From: Nitrosopumilaceae archaeon
GTDB lineage: Archaea > Thermoproteota > Nitrososphaeria > Nitrososphaerales > Nitrosopumilaceae
Direction of reading: 5' to 3'
Assembly (NCBI GenBank): GCA_965203465.1
Contig: CBDBCR010000003.1
Span: forward strand, 384,001-448,000
Length of the DNA: 64,000 nucleotides
Translations under genes and position numbers: made by a program
In this document: positions 38,155-53,100 of the stretch, one piece after another
Numbering within the stretch: the stretch's first letter is position 1
Layout of the letters: the number at the start of each line of letters is the position of its first letter
Notes under the pieces: model-generated
What the model saw: the letters and a program-made list of their open reading frames with translations, nothing else
Told to the model about the DNA's origin: nothing
Database searches by the model: none

Positions 38155-39198
38155 TTGAAGGTGTTGGTGGGCGGATCCAGCACAAAGCTGCTAAAGCTGG
38201 CCCGGTTCTGCCAAGAGCTCCGCAAGGCCGGCGTCGGGTGCAGGCTCGTCAGGGACGACGCGGTGTACCGCGCTTTTCCGAGCAGGCGCCCGTCGGACTG
38301 GCTGCGCACCAGGTCCAAGTTCAGAAAGCTGGCCTCGCAGTACAAGCCCGACTTTGTGCTGACCGACAGGCCCGGGCATTTCGGCGCGGCCGCGGCGCGC
38401 GAAAAGCTGCCCCTGCTCGTGTACCTAAAGGGCGACTGGTGGGAGGAGCGCAGGGCCGACGCGCGGACGCTGTACAGGGCCCCGCACATGAGGCTGGCGC
38501 TGTGGCAGTGGCAGAGGATAGGGAAAGAGTGCTTTGCGGGGGCGCGCGCGATACTGGCCGTCTCGAAGTACCTGGCCGGCATAGCGGAGCGCCGCTGCCC
38601 GGGCAAGAGGGTCGTGCCCTCGTACATCGGCATCGACACGGAGGGCTGGGACGGGGCCGGCGCCATGGAGCTGCGCCACCCGTGCGTCGGGATGGTGCAG
38701 AGCGCGGTGCTGCACGGCAAGACGCGCGGCATGCTCGCGATCGAAGAGGCCGTAAAGTCCATGCCGCGCGTCACGTTTTACTGGGCCGGCGACGGCCCGC
38801 ACAGGGACATGGTGCTCTCGCGCCTGAAAAAATACCCCAACTTTTGCTGGCTCGGATCGCTCGACTACAGGACGGACTACAAGAGGTTCATGAGATCCAT
38901 AGACGCGTACTGCCTGCCCAGCGGCCTCGACATGCTGCCGGCGAGCCTGCTCGAGGCGCAGCTTGCATCAAAGCCGGTGATAGCGTCGGGCGTGTGCGGC
39001 GTGCCCGAATGCCTCGAGGAGGGCAGGACAGGCCTGCTCGTAAAAGAGGGGGCCGGCTGGCCCGAAAAGATATCGCGCGTCCTGGAGGACGAAAAGCTGC
39101 GCCGCTCGATGGGATCGGAGGGCCGCAGGTTCGTGCTGGAAAACTACTCCATGCAGAAGCGGGCAGCCGAGTTTGCGGCCCTGCTCGAAAAGCTCTAG
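38155..39198 (+). CDS. Glycosyltransferase family 4 (GT-B)
   Basis: PSGLDMLPASLLEAQ..KPVIASGVCGVPE..EGRTGLLV C-terminal motif. Confidence 0.9.
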   Translation: MKVLVGGSSTKLLKLARFCQELRKAGVGCRLVRDDAVYRAFPSRRPSDWLRTRSKFRKLASQYKPDFVLTDRPGHFGAAAAREKLPLLVYLKGDWWEERRADARTLYRAPHMRLALWQWQRIGKECFAGARAILAVSKYLAGIAERRCPGKRVVPSYIGIDTEGWDGAGAMELRHPCVGMVQSAVLHGKTRGMLAIEEAVKSMPRVTFYWAGDGPHRDMVLSRLKKYPNFCWLGSLDYRTDYKRFMRSIDAYCLPSGLDMLPASLLEAQLASKPVIASGVCGVPECLEEGRTGLLVKEGAGWPEKISRVLEDEKLRRSMGSEGRRFVLENYSMQKRAAEFAALLEKL

Positions 39199-40067
39199 GC
39201 CCAGCCAAGGTCGCGGCCGAGCATCCTGTACAGTTTTGAGTTGTGCTCGGCGAACCTGCCCGCGAGCATGCGGCGCGTGGACGGCCTCATGGGGGGATAG
39301 ATCCCCTCGTTTAGTTTGGGCGGCCCGCCGCCGCAAGGCCCGAGGCCCAGAAACTCGGCCACCCTGCTGGCCACGCCGCCCGGATCCCGGGCCATCTCCT
39401 CGAGCGTCTCTACCAGGATGCGGCCCCCGTAGTGCCTCTCCCACCTTTCCAGCTGCTCCGCGTACTCGCCCTTTGCAGCGTACGAGTAGTTTGGCACGTA
39501 GAACCACCGCTTTTTCGGATCCGAGCCGACGGCCCTCCTTTCGGCCGATGTGCGCGCCTCTTCGGCCTCGAGCGCGTCCTCGAACGACATGTACTCCATG
39601 CCGGCGCGAAGCTGCATCTGGTAGTCCGAGTACGCGCGCTCGGCCGGATCGCGCAGCATCGCTATCACCTTGGCGTCCGGCGCCGACCTGCTCATCCTCT
39701 CGGGCGCCAGCGGGTGGAGCAGGTACGTGGTGGTCGCCTCGCCGGTGATGCCCCGCCCGCGGACGGGAAAGTTGTGCCGGTACCACAGATCCCCCAGCTC
39801 GTACTTTTGGGCCTCGTCAAAGTAGTGGATCTCTTTTGTCAGCGCCGGCTCCACTCCCGGCTGCGAGCACAGGAACGAGTACAGCGACGTGGTGCCGCAC
39901 TTTGGCGCCCCGATGATCGCAAAGTCGGGCGCCGGCCGCAGGAACGCGGTGGCCTTGCGGAGCTTGTGCGGGCCGCCCAGCCAGCGCACGCGCGGGTGCC
40001 GGTACCGCTTCCAAAAGCGCCCCGCCACCCTGCCGGCCCCCCCGCAGGCCGGGCACGGCCCGCTCAC
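39195..40067 (-). CDS. PAPS-dependent sulfotransferase
   Basis: PDFAIIGAPKCGTTSL (5'-PSB), KEIHYFD, GEATTTY, LRDPAERAYSDY (3'-PB). GTG start overlaps the upstream TGA. Confidence 0.92.
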   Translation of the reverse strand: MSGPCPACGGAGRVAGRFWKRYRHPRVRWLGGPHKLRKATAFLRPAPDFAIIGAPKCGTTSLYSFLCSQPGVEPALTKEIHYFDEAQKYELGDLWYRHNFPVRGRGITGEATTTYLLHPLAPERMSRSAPDAKVIAMLRDPAERAYSDYQMQLRAGMEYMSFEDALEAEEARTSAERRAVGSDPKKRWFYVPNYSYAAKGEYAEQLERWERHYGGRILVETLEEMARDPGGVASRVAEFLGLGPCGGGPPKLNEGIYPPMRPSTRRMLAGRFAEHNSKLYRMLGRDLGWA

Positions 40068-41113
40068 CGCAGCCCCCCCAGGATCTCCAGCAGCCTGCCA
40101 GAGACGGCCCCGCTGTCCGCCTCCGAGGCGGCAAACTCGCGGCCGCGCCTGCCCATCTGGCGCGCCCGGCCCGGATCGCCCAGCAGCCCGGATATGGCCC
40201 GTATCCATCCCTCCGCGTCGCCGCGCCCGACCAGCAGCCCCGTCTCCCCGTCGCGCATCGTGTCGGGTATGCCACCGGCCGCGGTGGCCACCACGGGCAG
40301 CTCCATGGACTGCGCGGCCTTTAGCGAGTACGGCGACATGTCCATGCTGCACGCGAGGCCGTACACGTCCAGCGAGCCCAGGAATTCGCGCACCGGCCCC
40401 GGGTACTCGAGCCTGCCGAGCCACTCGAAGTTGGCGCGCCCCCCGATGGCCCGCGCCACCCTGCCAGCGAACCTGCCGTCGCCGGCCCAGTAGAACCGGA
40501 CGTGCGGCAGCGCGTCTGCCACGCGCGGCATCACCTCGGCCAGCTCGTCCACCTTGCGCCACCTGCGCGCGTCCTGCAGAAATCCGACGGCCGGCCGCCG
40601 CAGGCTTTGTCCGCCGCCCCTCCTCCAGTACCCCGCGTCTATGCTGGAGTACATGACCGTCTCGACGCGGCACGACGGGTAGCTCGCCCGTATGGCCGAG
40701 GCCATGGCCCCGTTCTCGGCCAGCACCGCAGAGGCGGCCTCGACGCACTCGCGCACGATCCTGCGCCTGCGCGGGCCGGCCAGCCGGGCGCGCGCCGAGC
40801 CGCGCTCGGCCGCCTCCAGCCTCGAGTCCAGCTCGTAGTCCCAGAAAAACACGGCGAACGGCACCCCCCTGCCGGCGGCCTGCCTCCACAGCGCGCTCGG
40901 GGAGTCTAGCAGCAGCGCGTCGGGCCGCGTCGAATCTATCAGCCTGCCGAGCCGGCCCGCGCGCCGGCCGAGCGGCAGCGCCCCGCGCGCGAAGCCGTCG
41001 AGGAACTCGTCGCGGCAGACCGCGGAGCACTCTGCCCCGCGCGCGCGCATGGAAGAGACGAGCGGCTCGAGCTGGGCGCGCTTTGCGCGCGTGTACACGA
41101 GGAGGATTCTCAT
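40064..41113 (-). CDS. Glycosyltransferase family 4 (GT-B), paralog of 38155..39198
   Basis: MRILLV start (ATGA overlap); FYWAGDG, FEWLGRLEY, LPVVATAAGGIPD..DGETGLLV. Confidence 0.88.
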   Translation of the reverse strand: MRILLVYTRAKRAQLEPLVSSMRARGAECSAVCRDEFLDGFARGALPLGRRAGRLGRLIDSTRPDALLLDSPSALWRQAAGRGVPFAVFFWDYELDSRLEAAERGSARARLAGPRRRRIVRECVEAASAVLAENGAMASAIRASYPSCRVETVMYSSIDAGYWRRGGGQSLRRPAVGFLQDARRWRKVDELAEVMPRVADALPHVRFYWAGDGRFAGRVARAIGGRANFEWLGRLEYPGPVREFLGSLDVYGLACSMDMSPYSLKAAQSMELPVVATAAGGIPDTMRDGETGLLVGRGDAEGWIRAISGLLGDPGRARQMGRRGREFAASEADSGAVSGRLLEILGGLR

Positions 41114-43273
41114 GCGTCGGGGCAGCCGTCGGCGTCCTCGACGCCGTCGTAGTCTTCCGGCTCGGCCGGGCAGGCGTCGAGGTCGTTGAGTATCCCGTCG
41201 AGGTCGGTGTCGTGGACGAACCGCGACTGCTCGGGGAACGAGTCGGGGCAGCCGTCCTGATCGAGGTACTTGTTCCACGTCTCGGGGCTGTTGGGGCACG
41301 AATCCTCCGAATCGGCAAAGCCGTCCAGGTCCGCGTCGGGGTACCCGGCCGCCTCGGCGCCGTCGGGGATCTGGTCGGGGCAGCCGTCCCAGTCGAGGTA
41401 CCCGTTGGGCGTCTCCGATCTGGAGGGGCACGCGTCGCGCCTGTCGTCGACGCCGTCGCCGTCGCCGTCCGAGTCGGGCTGCCCGAACCCGGCAAATCCG
41501 GACGTTACGGAGTCGGGGCAGCCGTCCGAATCCAAGTAGCGGTTGTACGTCTCGGGTTCGGCGGGGCACCTGTCCGCGTCGTCGCGCACGCCGTCCGAAT
41601 CAGAGTCGGGCGCGTCGGACGTGCCGTCCGGGCAGCCGTCCGTATCCCGGTAGCCGTTGTACGTCTCGGGCTGCGAGGGGCACGCGTCGCGCCTGTCGAG
41701 TATCCCGTCAGAGTCCGAGTCGCCCGGCGTGGCCTCTTCCGAGACGGTGTCGGGGCAGCCGTCCGAATCCAGATACATGTTGAACGTCTCGCCGGCGAGC
41801 GGGCAGGCGTCGAGGTCGTCGGCAAAGCCGTCGCCGTCAGAATCGCCCACGAACCCGTACTGGACAGAGTCGGGGCAGCCGTCCGAATCCCGGTAGCCGT
41901 TGTAGCGCTCCGGCTCGGTCGGGCACGCGTCGGCCGAATCCGGTATGGCGTCGTAGTCCGAGTCTGCCAGCTGGGTCGCGTCTTTTGCCGGCGTCTCTGG
42001 GCAGCCGTCCCGATCGAGGTACCCGTCGATGTTCTCGGCCACGCCGGGGCAAGAGTCGAACCTGTCGATTATGCCGTCGCCGTCAGAATCGGGAAACTCG
42101 AAGACGGGGCGGTCCCGGAGCGTGGAATCCGGGCAGCCGTCCGAATCCATGTACCTGTTGTAGGTCTCGGGCTCGTCGGGGCACCGGTCGGCCGAATCTG
42201 GTACGGCGTCCGAATCAGAGTCGGCCTCGCCCATACCCGCGTCCGGGCAGCCGTCCGTGTCCTGTATCCCGTTGAACGTCTCTGGCTGCGTGGGGCAGCG
42301 GTCGGCCAGGTCGATGTACCCGTCGCCGTCCGAATCCTGCACGCCGCCGCCGGCCCTGCCTGCAAAGTCGGGGCAGCCGTCCGTATCGAGGTACATGTTG
42401 TAGGTCTCGGGCGAAAAGAGGCACGCGTCCTGGTCGTCGGGGACGCCGTCGGCGTCAAGATCCCCCACGAACTCGTACTCTGCAGAGTCGGGGCAGCCGT
42501 CGGCGTCCTGGTAGCGGTTGTAGTTTTCCGGCTCTTGCGGGCACTCGTCGGAGGCGTCGGGTATCCCGTCGCCGTCTTCGTCCGGTATGCCGTCGCCGTC
42601 GCGCGCCGGCGTCTCGGGGCAGCCGTCCCGATCTAGGTAGCCGTCGAAGTTTTCGGCCTCGTCGGGGCACGCGTCTAGCCGGTCGATTATGCCGTCGAGA
42701 TCAGAGTCCGGAAACTGGAAGGAAGAGCCCCCGCTGGGCGCCGAATCCGGGCAGCCGTCGGCGTCCTGGTAGCGGTTGTACGTTTCCGGTTCGGCGGGGC
42801 ACCTGTCCGCGTCGTCGCGCACGCCGTCCGAATCAGAGTCGGGCGCGTCGGACGTGCTGTCCGGGCAGCCGTCCGTGTCCCGGTACCCGTTGTACGTCTC
42901 CGGGGCAGAGGGGCACGCGTCGCGCACGTCCATCACAGAGTCCCCGTCGGCGTCGGTGTTGGCCGGCCCGCCCGACGGCGAGACGTCCGGGCAGCCGTCC
43001 GTGTCCTGGTAGCGGTTGTACGTCTCGCGCACAGTCGGGCACGAATCGAGGTGATCCTGTATCCCGTCGTAGTCGGCGTCGTACCACGGGACGAAGCCTG
43101 CCGGGCAGCCGTCTATCGTCCCGTACTGCGGATCGTAGTCTTCCGCCAGGCGCGGGCACAGGTCGGCCGAATCCGGCACCCCGTCCGAATCGATGTCGGG
43201 CGCCTGCGCGTACGCGGTCCCCGACCCGACCGCCGCAGCTATGAGCGCCAGCAGGCACGCCGCGCGCGCGCCG

Positions 43274-43281
<8 letters not shown>
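41110..43281 (-). CDS. Secreted thrombospondin type-3 repeat protein, copy 2
   Basis: Signal peptide MPDGARAACLLALIAAAVGSGTAYA; DxDxDG..CP..DGCPD repeats; N- and C-terminal caps like copy 1. Confidence 0.92.
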
Positions 43282-45700
<2,419 letters not shown>

Positions 45701-45741
45701 TATGCGGCCTGTCTGCCAGACGGGCGTTATTAAACCTCGCG

Positions 45742-46395
45742 TTAAATTGGTCTGCGTTCCGGCGAGTGGCGGCCGGGGAGCCGGCCGGCCGCGCGATCGC
45801 TCCCGCCCGGAGGCGATCCCGGGGCGCGCGGGCGCCGGGCCGGCGGCTCGAACAGCCGCTCTGCGAGCTTGCGCATCGCCGCGCCCCGGTGGGAAGCCGA
45901 ATCCTTGTCCTCCATCTGTGCGAAGGTGAGCTGGCCGCCGCGCGGCACGAATACGGGATCGTAGCCCCACCCCTCGCCGCGCGCCTCGCGCGCTATGGAG
46001 CCGGGCGCCGAGACGTTGAGCGACTTTAGCCGCACGCCGGGCCCGCCCGGCCGGTACCAGACCGAGGCGTGGAACCGGGCCAGCCTGCGGCGCCCCTCCA
46101 GCAGCCGCAGTATCCCGTCCAGCCCGATCGTCTCGAGCACGTACGAAGAGTACGTGCCCGGAAACCGGTTCAGCGACGCTATCTCCAGCGCGTCGTCCTC
46201 GACGAAGAACGGCCCGTCGCAGAGTGGCTCTGCCGAGCGCGCCTTGTGCCCGGCTATCATGCTCGTGCTGTCCGTCTGCAGCTCCGCCAGCGACACCGAC
46301 AGCATGCGCACGCCCACGCCGAGGCCGCCCAGTATCCTGCGCGCTTCTTCGTACTTGTGCCCGTTGGACGTCACGAACGTGATCTCAAACGACAT
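45742..46395 (-). CDS. rdgB: Non-canonical purine NTP pyrophosphatase (HAM1/RdgB)
   Basis: FVTSNGHKYEE, EDD.L, FPGTYS, GWGYDPVF and SHRG motifs. Confidence 0.93.
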   Translation of the reverse strand: MSFEITFVTSNGHKYEEARRILGGLGVGVRMLSVSLAELQTDSTSMIAGHKARSAEPLCDGPFFVEDDALEIASLNRFPGTYSSYVLETIGLDGILRLLEGRRRLARFHASVWYRPGGPGVRLKSLNVSAPGSIAREARGEGWGYDPVFVPRGGQLTFAQMEDKDSASHRGAAMRKLAERLFEPPARRPRAPGSPPGGSDRAAGRLPGRHSPERRPI

Positions 46396-46999
46396 CGGCG
46401 TACCTCCCGCGCGCCTCTATGTCCGAGACCGTGCGCAGCGCCTCGGCGGTCTTTTCGGCGCCCGCGCGCGAGCGGTACCCCGAGACGAACGCGCGCCACG
46501 CGCAGTCCATGTCCGCCGCGTGCGCGCTGCCGAGCACCTCCTTGAAGAGGCGCATGTCCACGGCGTGGTCTTCGGGCCTGTGCGTGAACGAGGCCAGCCC
46601 GAAATCGACGACGAACAGCAGGCCTTTTGACACGATCAGGTTCGACGTGGTCAGGTCCCCGTGCGCCATGCCGCCCGAATGCAGCGCGGCCGCCATGGCG
46701 CCGGCCTGCCGGCACCCGCGCGCGAGCTCTTTCCCGCGCGATCCTGCCAGCGTCGCGCCGCGCAGGCGCTGCATCAGTATCTCGCATCTTTTCTGGTCCA
46801 CCGCGTACACCAGCGGCGTGCGCACGCCCAGCGAGCGGGCGCGAGCGAGCGCCTGCGCCTCGCGGACGGTGCGCTGGCGGCGCAGGCGCGCGTCGAGCTC
46901 GGGGTGCCTGTACTTTTTCCGGGGGCGCGCCTTTAGCAGCGCGGGCCTTCCGTCCCACATGGCCTCGTGCAGATCCGCCTCGGCGCCGCGCCGGTACAC
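46385..46999 (-). CDS. bud32: KEOPS kinase Bud32 (Kae1-associated)
   Basis: GAEA, KYRHPELD, HGDLTTSN, DFGL, AVDM and RGRY motifs. Start placed at GTG 46999 after TAATATAT. Confidence 0.92.
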   Translation of the reverse strand: MYRRGAEADLHEAMWDGRPALLKARPRKKYRHPELDARLRRQRTVREAQALARARSLGVRTPLVYAVDQKRCEILMQRLRGATLAGSRGKELARGCRQAGAMAAALHSGGMAHGDLTTSNLIVSKGLLFVVDFGLASFTHRPEDHAVDMRLFKEVLGSAHAADMDCAWRAFVSGYRSRAGAEKTAEALRTVSDIEARGRYADVV

Positions 47000-47103
47000 G
47001 GGGCGCGCCGGGGCGCGGCCATATATTACGACAGCGATCGGGCCCGCGCGCCCGCGGCGAATCTTTTCCGCCCCGGGGCGTTTTCGCAAAGCGGCGCGCG
47101 GGC

Positions 47104-50100
47104 CTATTCGGGCCGGTCCATCTGCCCGTACCTGTCCAAAAAGATCCGCTCGGCGCGCTCGCGCTCGGACTGCAGGCTCTCCTGGAGCCGCTCCATCCTG
47201 TCGATGGCCGCGTGGACCGACTGCTCCGATTCTTCAAAGCCCTCGTGCCAGCCCTGCCTCCCGAGGTTCATCCTCTCGAGGACCGCCTTGGCCAGCTCTA
47301 TCTGCTCCTCCAGCATGCCGGCGAATTCGGGGTCCGACCTGTCGTAGCCCTGCATGGGGGTCCCGCGGTACGTGTACATCGACTCGTCTATGCTGTGGAA
47401 CAGCGACGAAATGTTGCGCAGCGGCTCGTATAGGCCGCCCGGCGAGAGCCGGTACAACGCGCCGTCCTCGCCGGCCATGACCTCGACGTTGTTGGAGCCC
47501 TCCGCTATGGGGTGCAGTACCAGGGAGCCCCCGTTGACGGCCACGCCGGGCACCGGGTTCATGGATTCGCCGGTTATCCGCAGGCCGTGGTTGAAGTAGT
47601 TCTGCCACGAGTTGCGCTGCGAATCCCACACGTCGGTGCCCACGATGTCGAATTCCAGCGGGGCGCGGAACGAGTGGTTTACTGTCACGGACAGGCACTC
47701 CAGGGCCGAGCCGGCGGCGCACTCGACCACCTCGTGCGAGGCCGACGGGGAATCGCCTATGGCGTTCTCCGGGTCTATGACCGAAAGGGCGCCGGTGCCG
47801 TCGTGCAGAATGTCGTAGTTTATGACGGCCTTGCTCTCCGATATGACCTCGCCGGAGCGCAGGCCGAACGCTATCGAGACGCGCTGTACGTTCTGCGGCC
47901 CCTCGTTCTCGTATATCTTTAGGGAGACGGTGTTTTGCTTTCCCACCTCGGATTCGATGAGCGGGTACGGGGTGAAAAAGTATTCCACGTCCGAGGCAAG
48001 GCCGTTGTAGGCAAAGCCGCCGTCCACCAGCCTGGCCCCGTACGCGTCGTAGCCGAGCGTCGGCGGGGTGCAGTCGTCGCATTCCGAGCCGCCCGAGACG
48101 CGGTAGGCCACGCCGAACACCGAAAAGTGCAGCGTCCAGACCGAGTCTTCCGAGACGCACGCGAGCGGATCGTAGGTCTCCGGCGGCCACAGGTCCGGCG
48201 CCTCCTGCAGCAGGGGCACGGCGCCCCCGTAGCCTTCGGCGCACGCGGGTATCGGCAGCACGTCTCCTGCCGCGTTTACGGTAAAGACCAGCCCCGAGAG
48301 CGGCACGTCGAATTCGATGCGGACCGGCTTGCTGAACGCTATATCGGATACGGGGCTGCCCACCAGCACCGCGGTCGCCGGGTTGCGCAATTCCGGGTAC
48401 GCGTCCAGCGCGGGCGAGCCTGACGGCACCTCGTAGTCGGACGGGGAGACCAGCACCGCCGCCTCCAGGCTGACGTCTGCCACAGTCAGCCCGGCAAGGC
48501 CTCCCACCTCTGTCCCGGCCTGGAAGAACAGGTCGGGCAGGCCCGGCTCGCGCGTGATCACGCTGAGCGGGTTTTCCAACTCGGCCGTCCGGCCGCCGGC
48601 GGACAGCACCCTCGGGTCGGTGGCCGAGGCCGAAGACAGATCCAGCGCCGGCTCTATGCCGGCCGGAACGGTGACGGTCCGCAGGGTGGTGCCCTTTGCT
48701 ATCGGCAGCACGCCGGTCGGGCCCGGCGAGGCCGCATCCGAGGACGCGCCTGCGCTGACCGGGCCCGACGGGCCGGGGTTGCCGGCGATGTCGCGCACTG
48801 CCAGGCCGCGCAGTATTGCGGACGGGGGCACCTCTCCCGCGCCGTCCCAGTACACCAGTATAGTTTCGCTGCCCGACCCGGAGACCGATGCCGCATACGT
48901 GACGGAGCTGACCTCGACCGAGGCGCCCGAGGCGCCGGCCAGCACGGGCTCGGAGTACCGGATCGTGGCCGAATCCGTGCCGCTCGCCGAGGCCGAGAGT
49001 ATCTCCGGCGGCACCGTGTCCACCGAGACGTTGGGGCCGGTCAGATCCCTCTCCGTGAACGAGGCCGGCGTGCCGGTCCTCGATTCTACTGTCAGCGAGA
49101 CGGACAGCGGGCCCTGTGGCGAGCCGGGCGGCACGGCGTACGAGGCCGTGAAGCCGTTCTCGGCAGGCATCACGGGTACCGAGTCCCCGTTTATCGACAG
49201 CGCCGGGTTTTGCACCTGTTCGGTCGCCCTGAACGATATAGATATCTGCTCGCCTGCCACGGCCAGGCCGCCCGAGGCCGACACCGTGAATTGGGATATC
49301 GCGACGCGCACGATGTTGTTCACCGACTGCACGGATCCCGAGTTTTGCGTATTGCCGAACAGGTCCGAGACGGGGCCGGCCAGCGAGACTGTCGGCGCGG
49401 AGCGCTCGTCGTATTCCGCGTCCAGTTTCAGCGTTACGGTCCCGCGCTCTTCCGATGCGGATACGGGCACCAGGCCGCCCACGTCAAAGTCCGACGGCGC
49501 CACCGTCGAGCCGTCCAGATCCTCGTGGAATATGGCGAGCACCGTGTCCGGCGATATCACGCTGGCAGAGACCAGCCTCGGAGGCGAGTCGTCTCCGATG
49601 GCAAGCTCTACGTCGGCCTGCGGGGCCGCGTTGCCCGACGTGTCCTCGAACTGCGCGCCGCGCGTCTCGAGGCGCAGGCTGGCAGATATGCTGTCCAGCA
49701 CCGCGTTCAGCGTGGACCGATCCACCTGCACGCGCACCTTGACCCCGTCCAAAGACACCGTGCCCGAGACGGGGATCTCTTGCGCGCCGCCCGTGACGCG
49801 GACGTGCGGGAGCTGCGCGCTAAACGCCGATGCGTCCATGGTCTCGTCGAATTCGAGCACTAGGACGGAGGTGTCTGTGTTGAGCGCGGCGGTGACCAGC
49901 CCCGGCCTGTCGTCGTCAGGCACCGTCCGCAGCGGCAGCGTGGCCGGCGCGCTGCCCGTCCCCGAGACGTCCCGAAACGCGCCCGCGCCCAATACCAGCG
50001 AGGGCGAGGGCTGCCCTATGGCGGCCTGCCTCTGCTGCTCGGTGAGCGTGACCGTCGCCGTGGAGCCCGATACCGAGACTTGGGCTCCGGCCAGGGAGCC

Positions 50101-53100
50101 GGATATGGAGAGCGGCGACGGATCCGCGGCCGGGCCCAGGTTCTCGTCGAACGATATTACCAAGATGCCGGTGCCCAGATCCAGGAAAGCCGAGCCGGCG
50201 ACGGGCGGCACCGCGTCTGCCGTCGCCGACACCCGCACGTCGGCCGCCTCCGAGGAGAGCCCGGCGCCGTCGGCCGCCGCGCCGGCGTCCATGCGCAGCG
50301 ACGGGGTCTCGAAGGCGACGGCCTGCTGGCGCTGCGCCTCGGAGAGGGTGAACGAAAGCACCGTTCCGGATGCGGACGGCAGCGGTATGCCGCCGGCCGA
50401 GCCGGACTCGCGCAGGTGCAGGCCGGAGGTAACCGTCACCCGCTCGGTGAACGTGACGGTCAACACCCCGGTGCCCTCGTTGAGCGCCGCGCCGTCTATG
50501 CGGGGTTTGAGGCCGTCCGATACCGGCACGGTCTGATCTGTCATCTGCTTGCCCGCCGAGTCTGCTATGTCGCCCACGCTGGCGTTGTACGAAATGGAGA
50601 GATCCGGCGCCGTGTCGGGCAAGTTCCCCGAGAGCGCCAGAATTACCGTGTCCGACGAGATTCCCGGGTACCCCGAGACGGACAGCCCCGTCGCGTCCGT
50701 CCCGGAAAGCGTCCAAGTGGTGCCCGCGTCGGTGGCAGAGCCCGCCGAATTCCGGGTGAGCGTGACCGTTATGGAATTGTCGGTTCCTGCCACAGCCGAG
50801 TCGATGCTCGGGCGCTGCTCGTCCGAGACGGCAGCGTTCGAGACCGAGGCCAGCACGTTGCCGGCCGAATCCGAGACGGTGCCGGCCGCCGAGTACGATA
50901 TCTTTAGATCCGCCACGTTGGCCGCAAAGTCCGCGCCGACCGCGATCGTCATCGTGCCCGAGTTGGACAGGGCAGAGACCGACGATACGGCCTGCGCGTC
51001 GGCGCCCGAGAGCGTCCAGTGCGATTTGTCGTTGTCCGAGCTGCTCACCTGCTCGCTGAACGCGACCAGTACCGTCCGGGAGTCGGTGACGCCGGCCGAG
51101 AACGTGGGCGCCTGGCCGTCCGTCAAATTCCGCTGCACCGAAGACGTGCCCAGGTTCAGGACGCCGTCGGATATTTTCGACTGGTCTATCGTCAGGGTGC
51201 CGGCGGCCCCGGTTCCGGCCGCCGGGCCGCCGAAGACCAGCACGTGCGCGGCGGCCGAGGTCTGGGTGTACGAGGTTATGGAGCGGGCCGTGCCCACGGT
51301 CAGGCCCGAGTACGCCCCTGCCGACGCGGTGACCGGCTCGCTGTACGTTATCGTGGCCCGGTTGGGCCCGGTTATTTTCGCCGAGGAGATCGTCGGGGGC
51401 AGGTTCTGCGAGACCGACACGGACTGGGCGGCGAGGGCGTTGCTAGAGCCGTCCCGGATATCCCCTGCGCTCGCTACGTAGGCGAGTTCTACGACGCCGA
51501 TCGGCGTGCTGAGGTTGCCGCTCAGCGTCAGCACGGTGCTGGAGGACGATATGGCCGGGTTGCCGCTGACCGTCACGCCGGCGGGCAGCCCGGAGCCCGA
51601 GAGCTGCCAGGTGGCCGAGGCGCCCGTGGAAGTGGCGCTGACCGCCTCGCTGAATGTGACGGTGATCTCGTTGAGAGCTCGCGACTCTGCCGAGACTATC
51701 GTGGGGGCGATGCCGTCCGACGGGCTAGCAGAGTAGGAGGCGAGCGCGTTGCCGCCGACGTCCTCGAGGTTGCCGCTTGACGCGTACGAGAGCGTGAAAT
51801 CAAGATTGGTCTTGTCCGCCAAGTTGTTGTCGAGCGTAAGCGTTGCCGTCGGGGCGGAATCCGAAGTCGGAAATCCGGCCGCCGCCGAGGCCCCCGTCGC
51901 GTCGCCCCTGTCGGTGCCCGAGACGTGCCAGCCGGACGGCACGGAACCGGAGGCGAGCCGGACCGGCTCGCTGAACGTGACTTCCACCGAGGTGCGCGAG
52001 ACGTATTTCGAAGACGAGACCGTCGGCGCGACGCCGTCCGACACGGTGGCGGTCGCCGGCTCCATGGCGTTGGACGAGGGATCCTGTATCGTTCCGGATC
52101 CCGAGCCGGCATCGCCTGGCACGTCGGTACCCGACGTCTCGTAGCGCAGTACCACGCCGTCGGGCCTGGTGTCTGCCAAGTCGGAGCTGAGCGTCAGTAC
52201 CACGGAGCTGCCCTCCGATACGGGGGTGCTCGAGTCGACCGTGTGGCTGGGCGCGTCGGTGCCCGATATGGACCAGCCTTGGCCGGTCTCGTCCGATACC
52301 GAGAGGTCTTCGCTGAACGTGACCGTTATCTCGTCGGGGGCCGTCGCCTTTGCGGTGAAGGTCGGGGCTATGCCGTCGCCTGCCGCAGTCGCCGGACGGG
52401 CCGCAAGGGCGTTGCCCGCCATGTCCTCTATGTTGCCGCCCGAGTACGCCACGTTGATCCTCGGCTTGGTGCTGTCCGCGATGTCGCCGTCCAGCGTCAG
52501 TGTTGCAGAATAGGCGACGCTGCCCGTCGTGATTCCCGATATGGACGATACCTGCCTGCTTTCCGCGTCGGCGCCCGATATCGTCCAGCCGAACGGCGCC
52601 GTGCCTGTATTTGCCAGCCCGACGCGCTCGGAAAACTGCACTTCTATGGTATTGCGCGAGGCGACCGTGGCGGACGAGACGGACGGGGCCGTCGCGTCCT
52701 TTGCTACGTCCATGGTGGCCGCCTCCGTCTCCCGGGACGGCCCGGCGCTGAAAGCTGCGGACTGGAGCACCAGTTCGGGCTGCGTCATGGACTGGACGCC
52801 GTCCAGATTCGTTCCCAGATCCACCAGTATCGTAGAATCGGAGGCGCCGGCCGTCAGGGTGGAGTTTGCCAGCTCCACCACGGGCGACGTGGTGCCCTTT
52901 TCGCGCACCGACGCCTTTGTCAGGTCGGACAGCTCCACGTCCATGTCCACGTCGAAACCCAGCACCAGCATGCCGTCGCCGATCCGGGCCGACTGCAGCT
53001 GGGGTATAGATATCTCCTGGTACCCCACCGTCTTTTCGTACACGTACCCCGCGCCGGAGCCTACGTGACCGCAGGTGACGCCAGCAGTGCAGCTCCACGA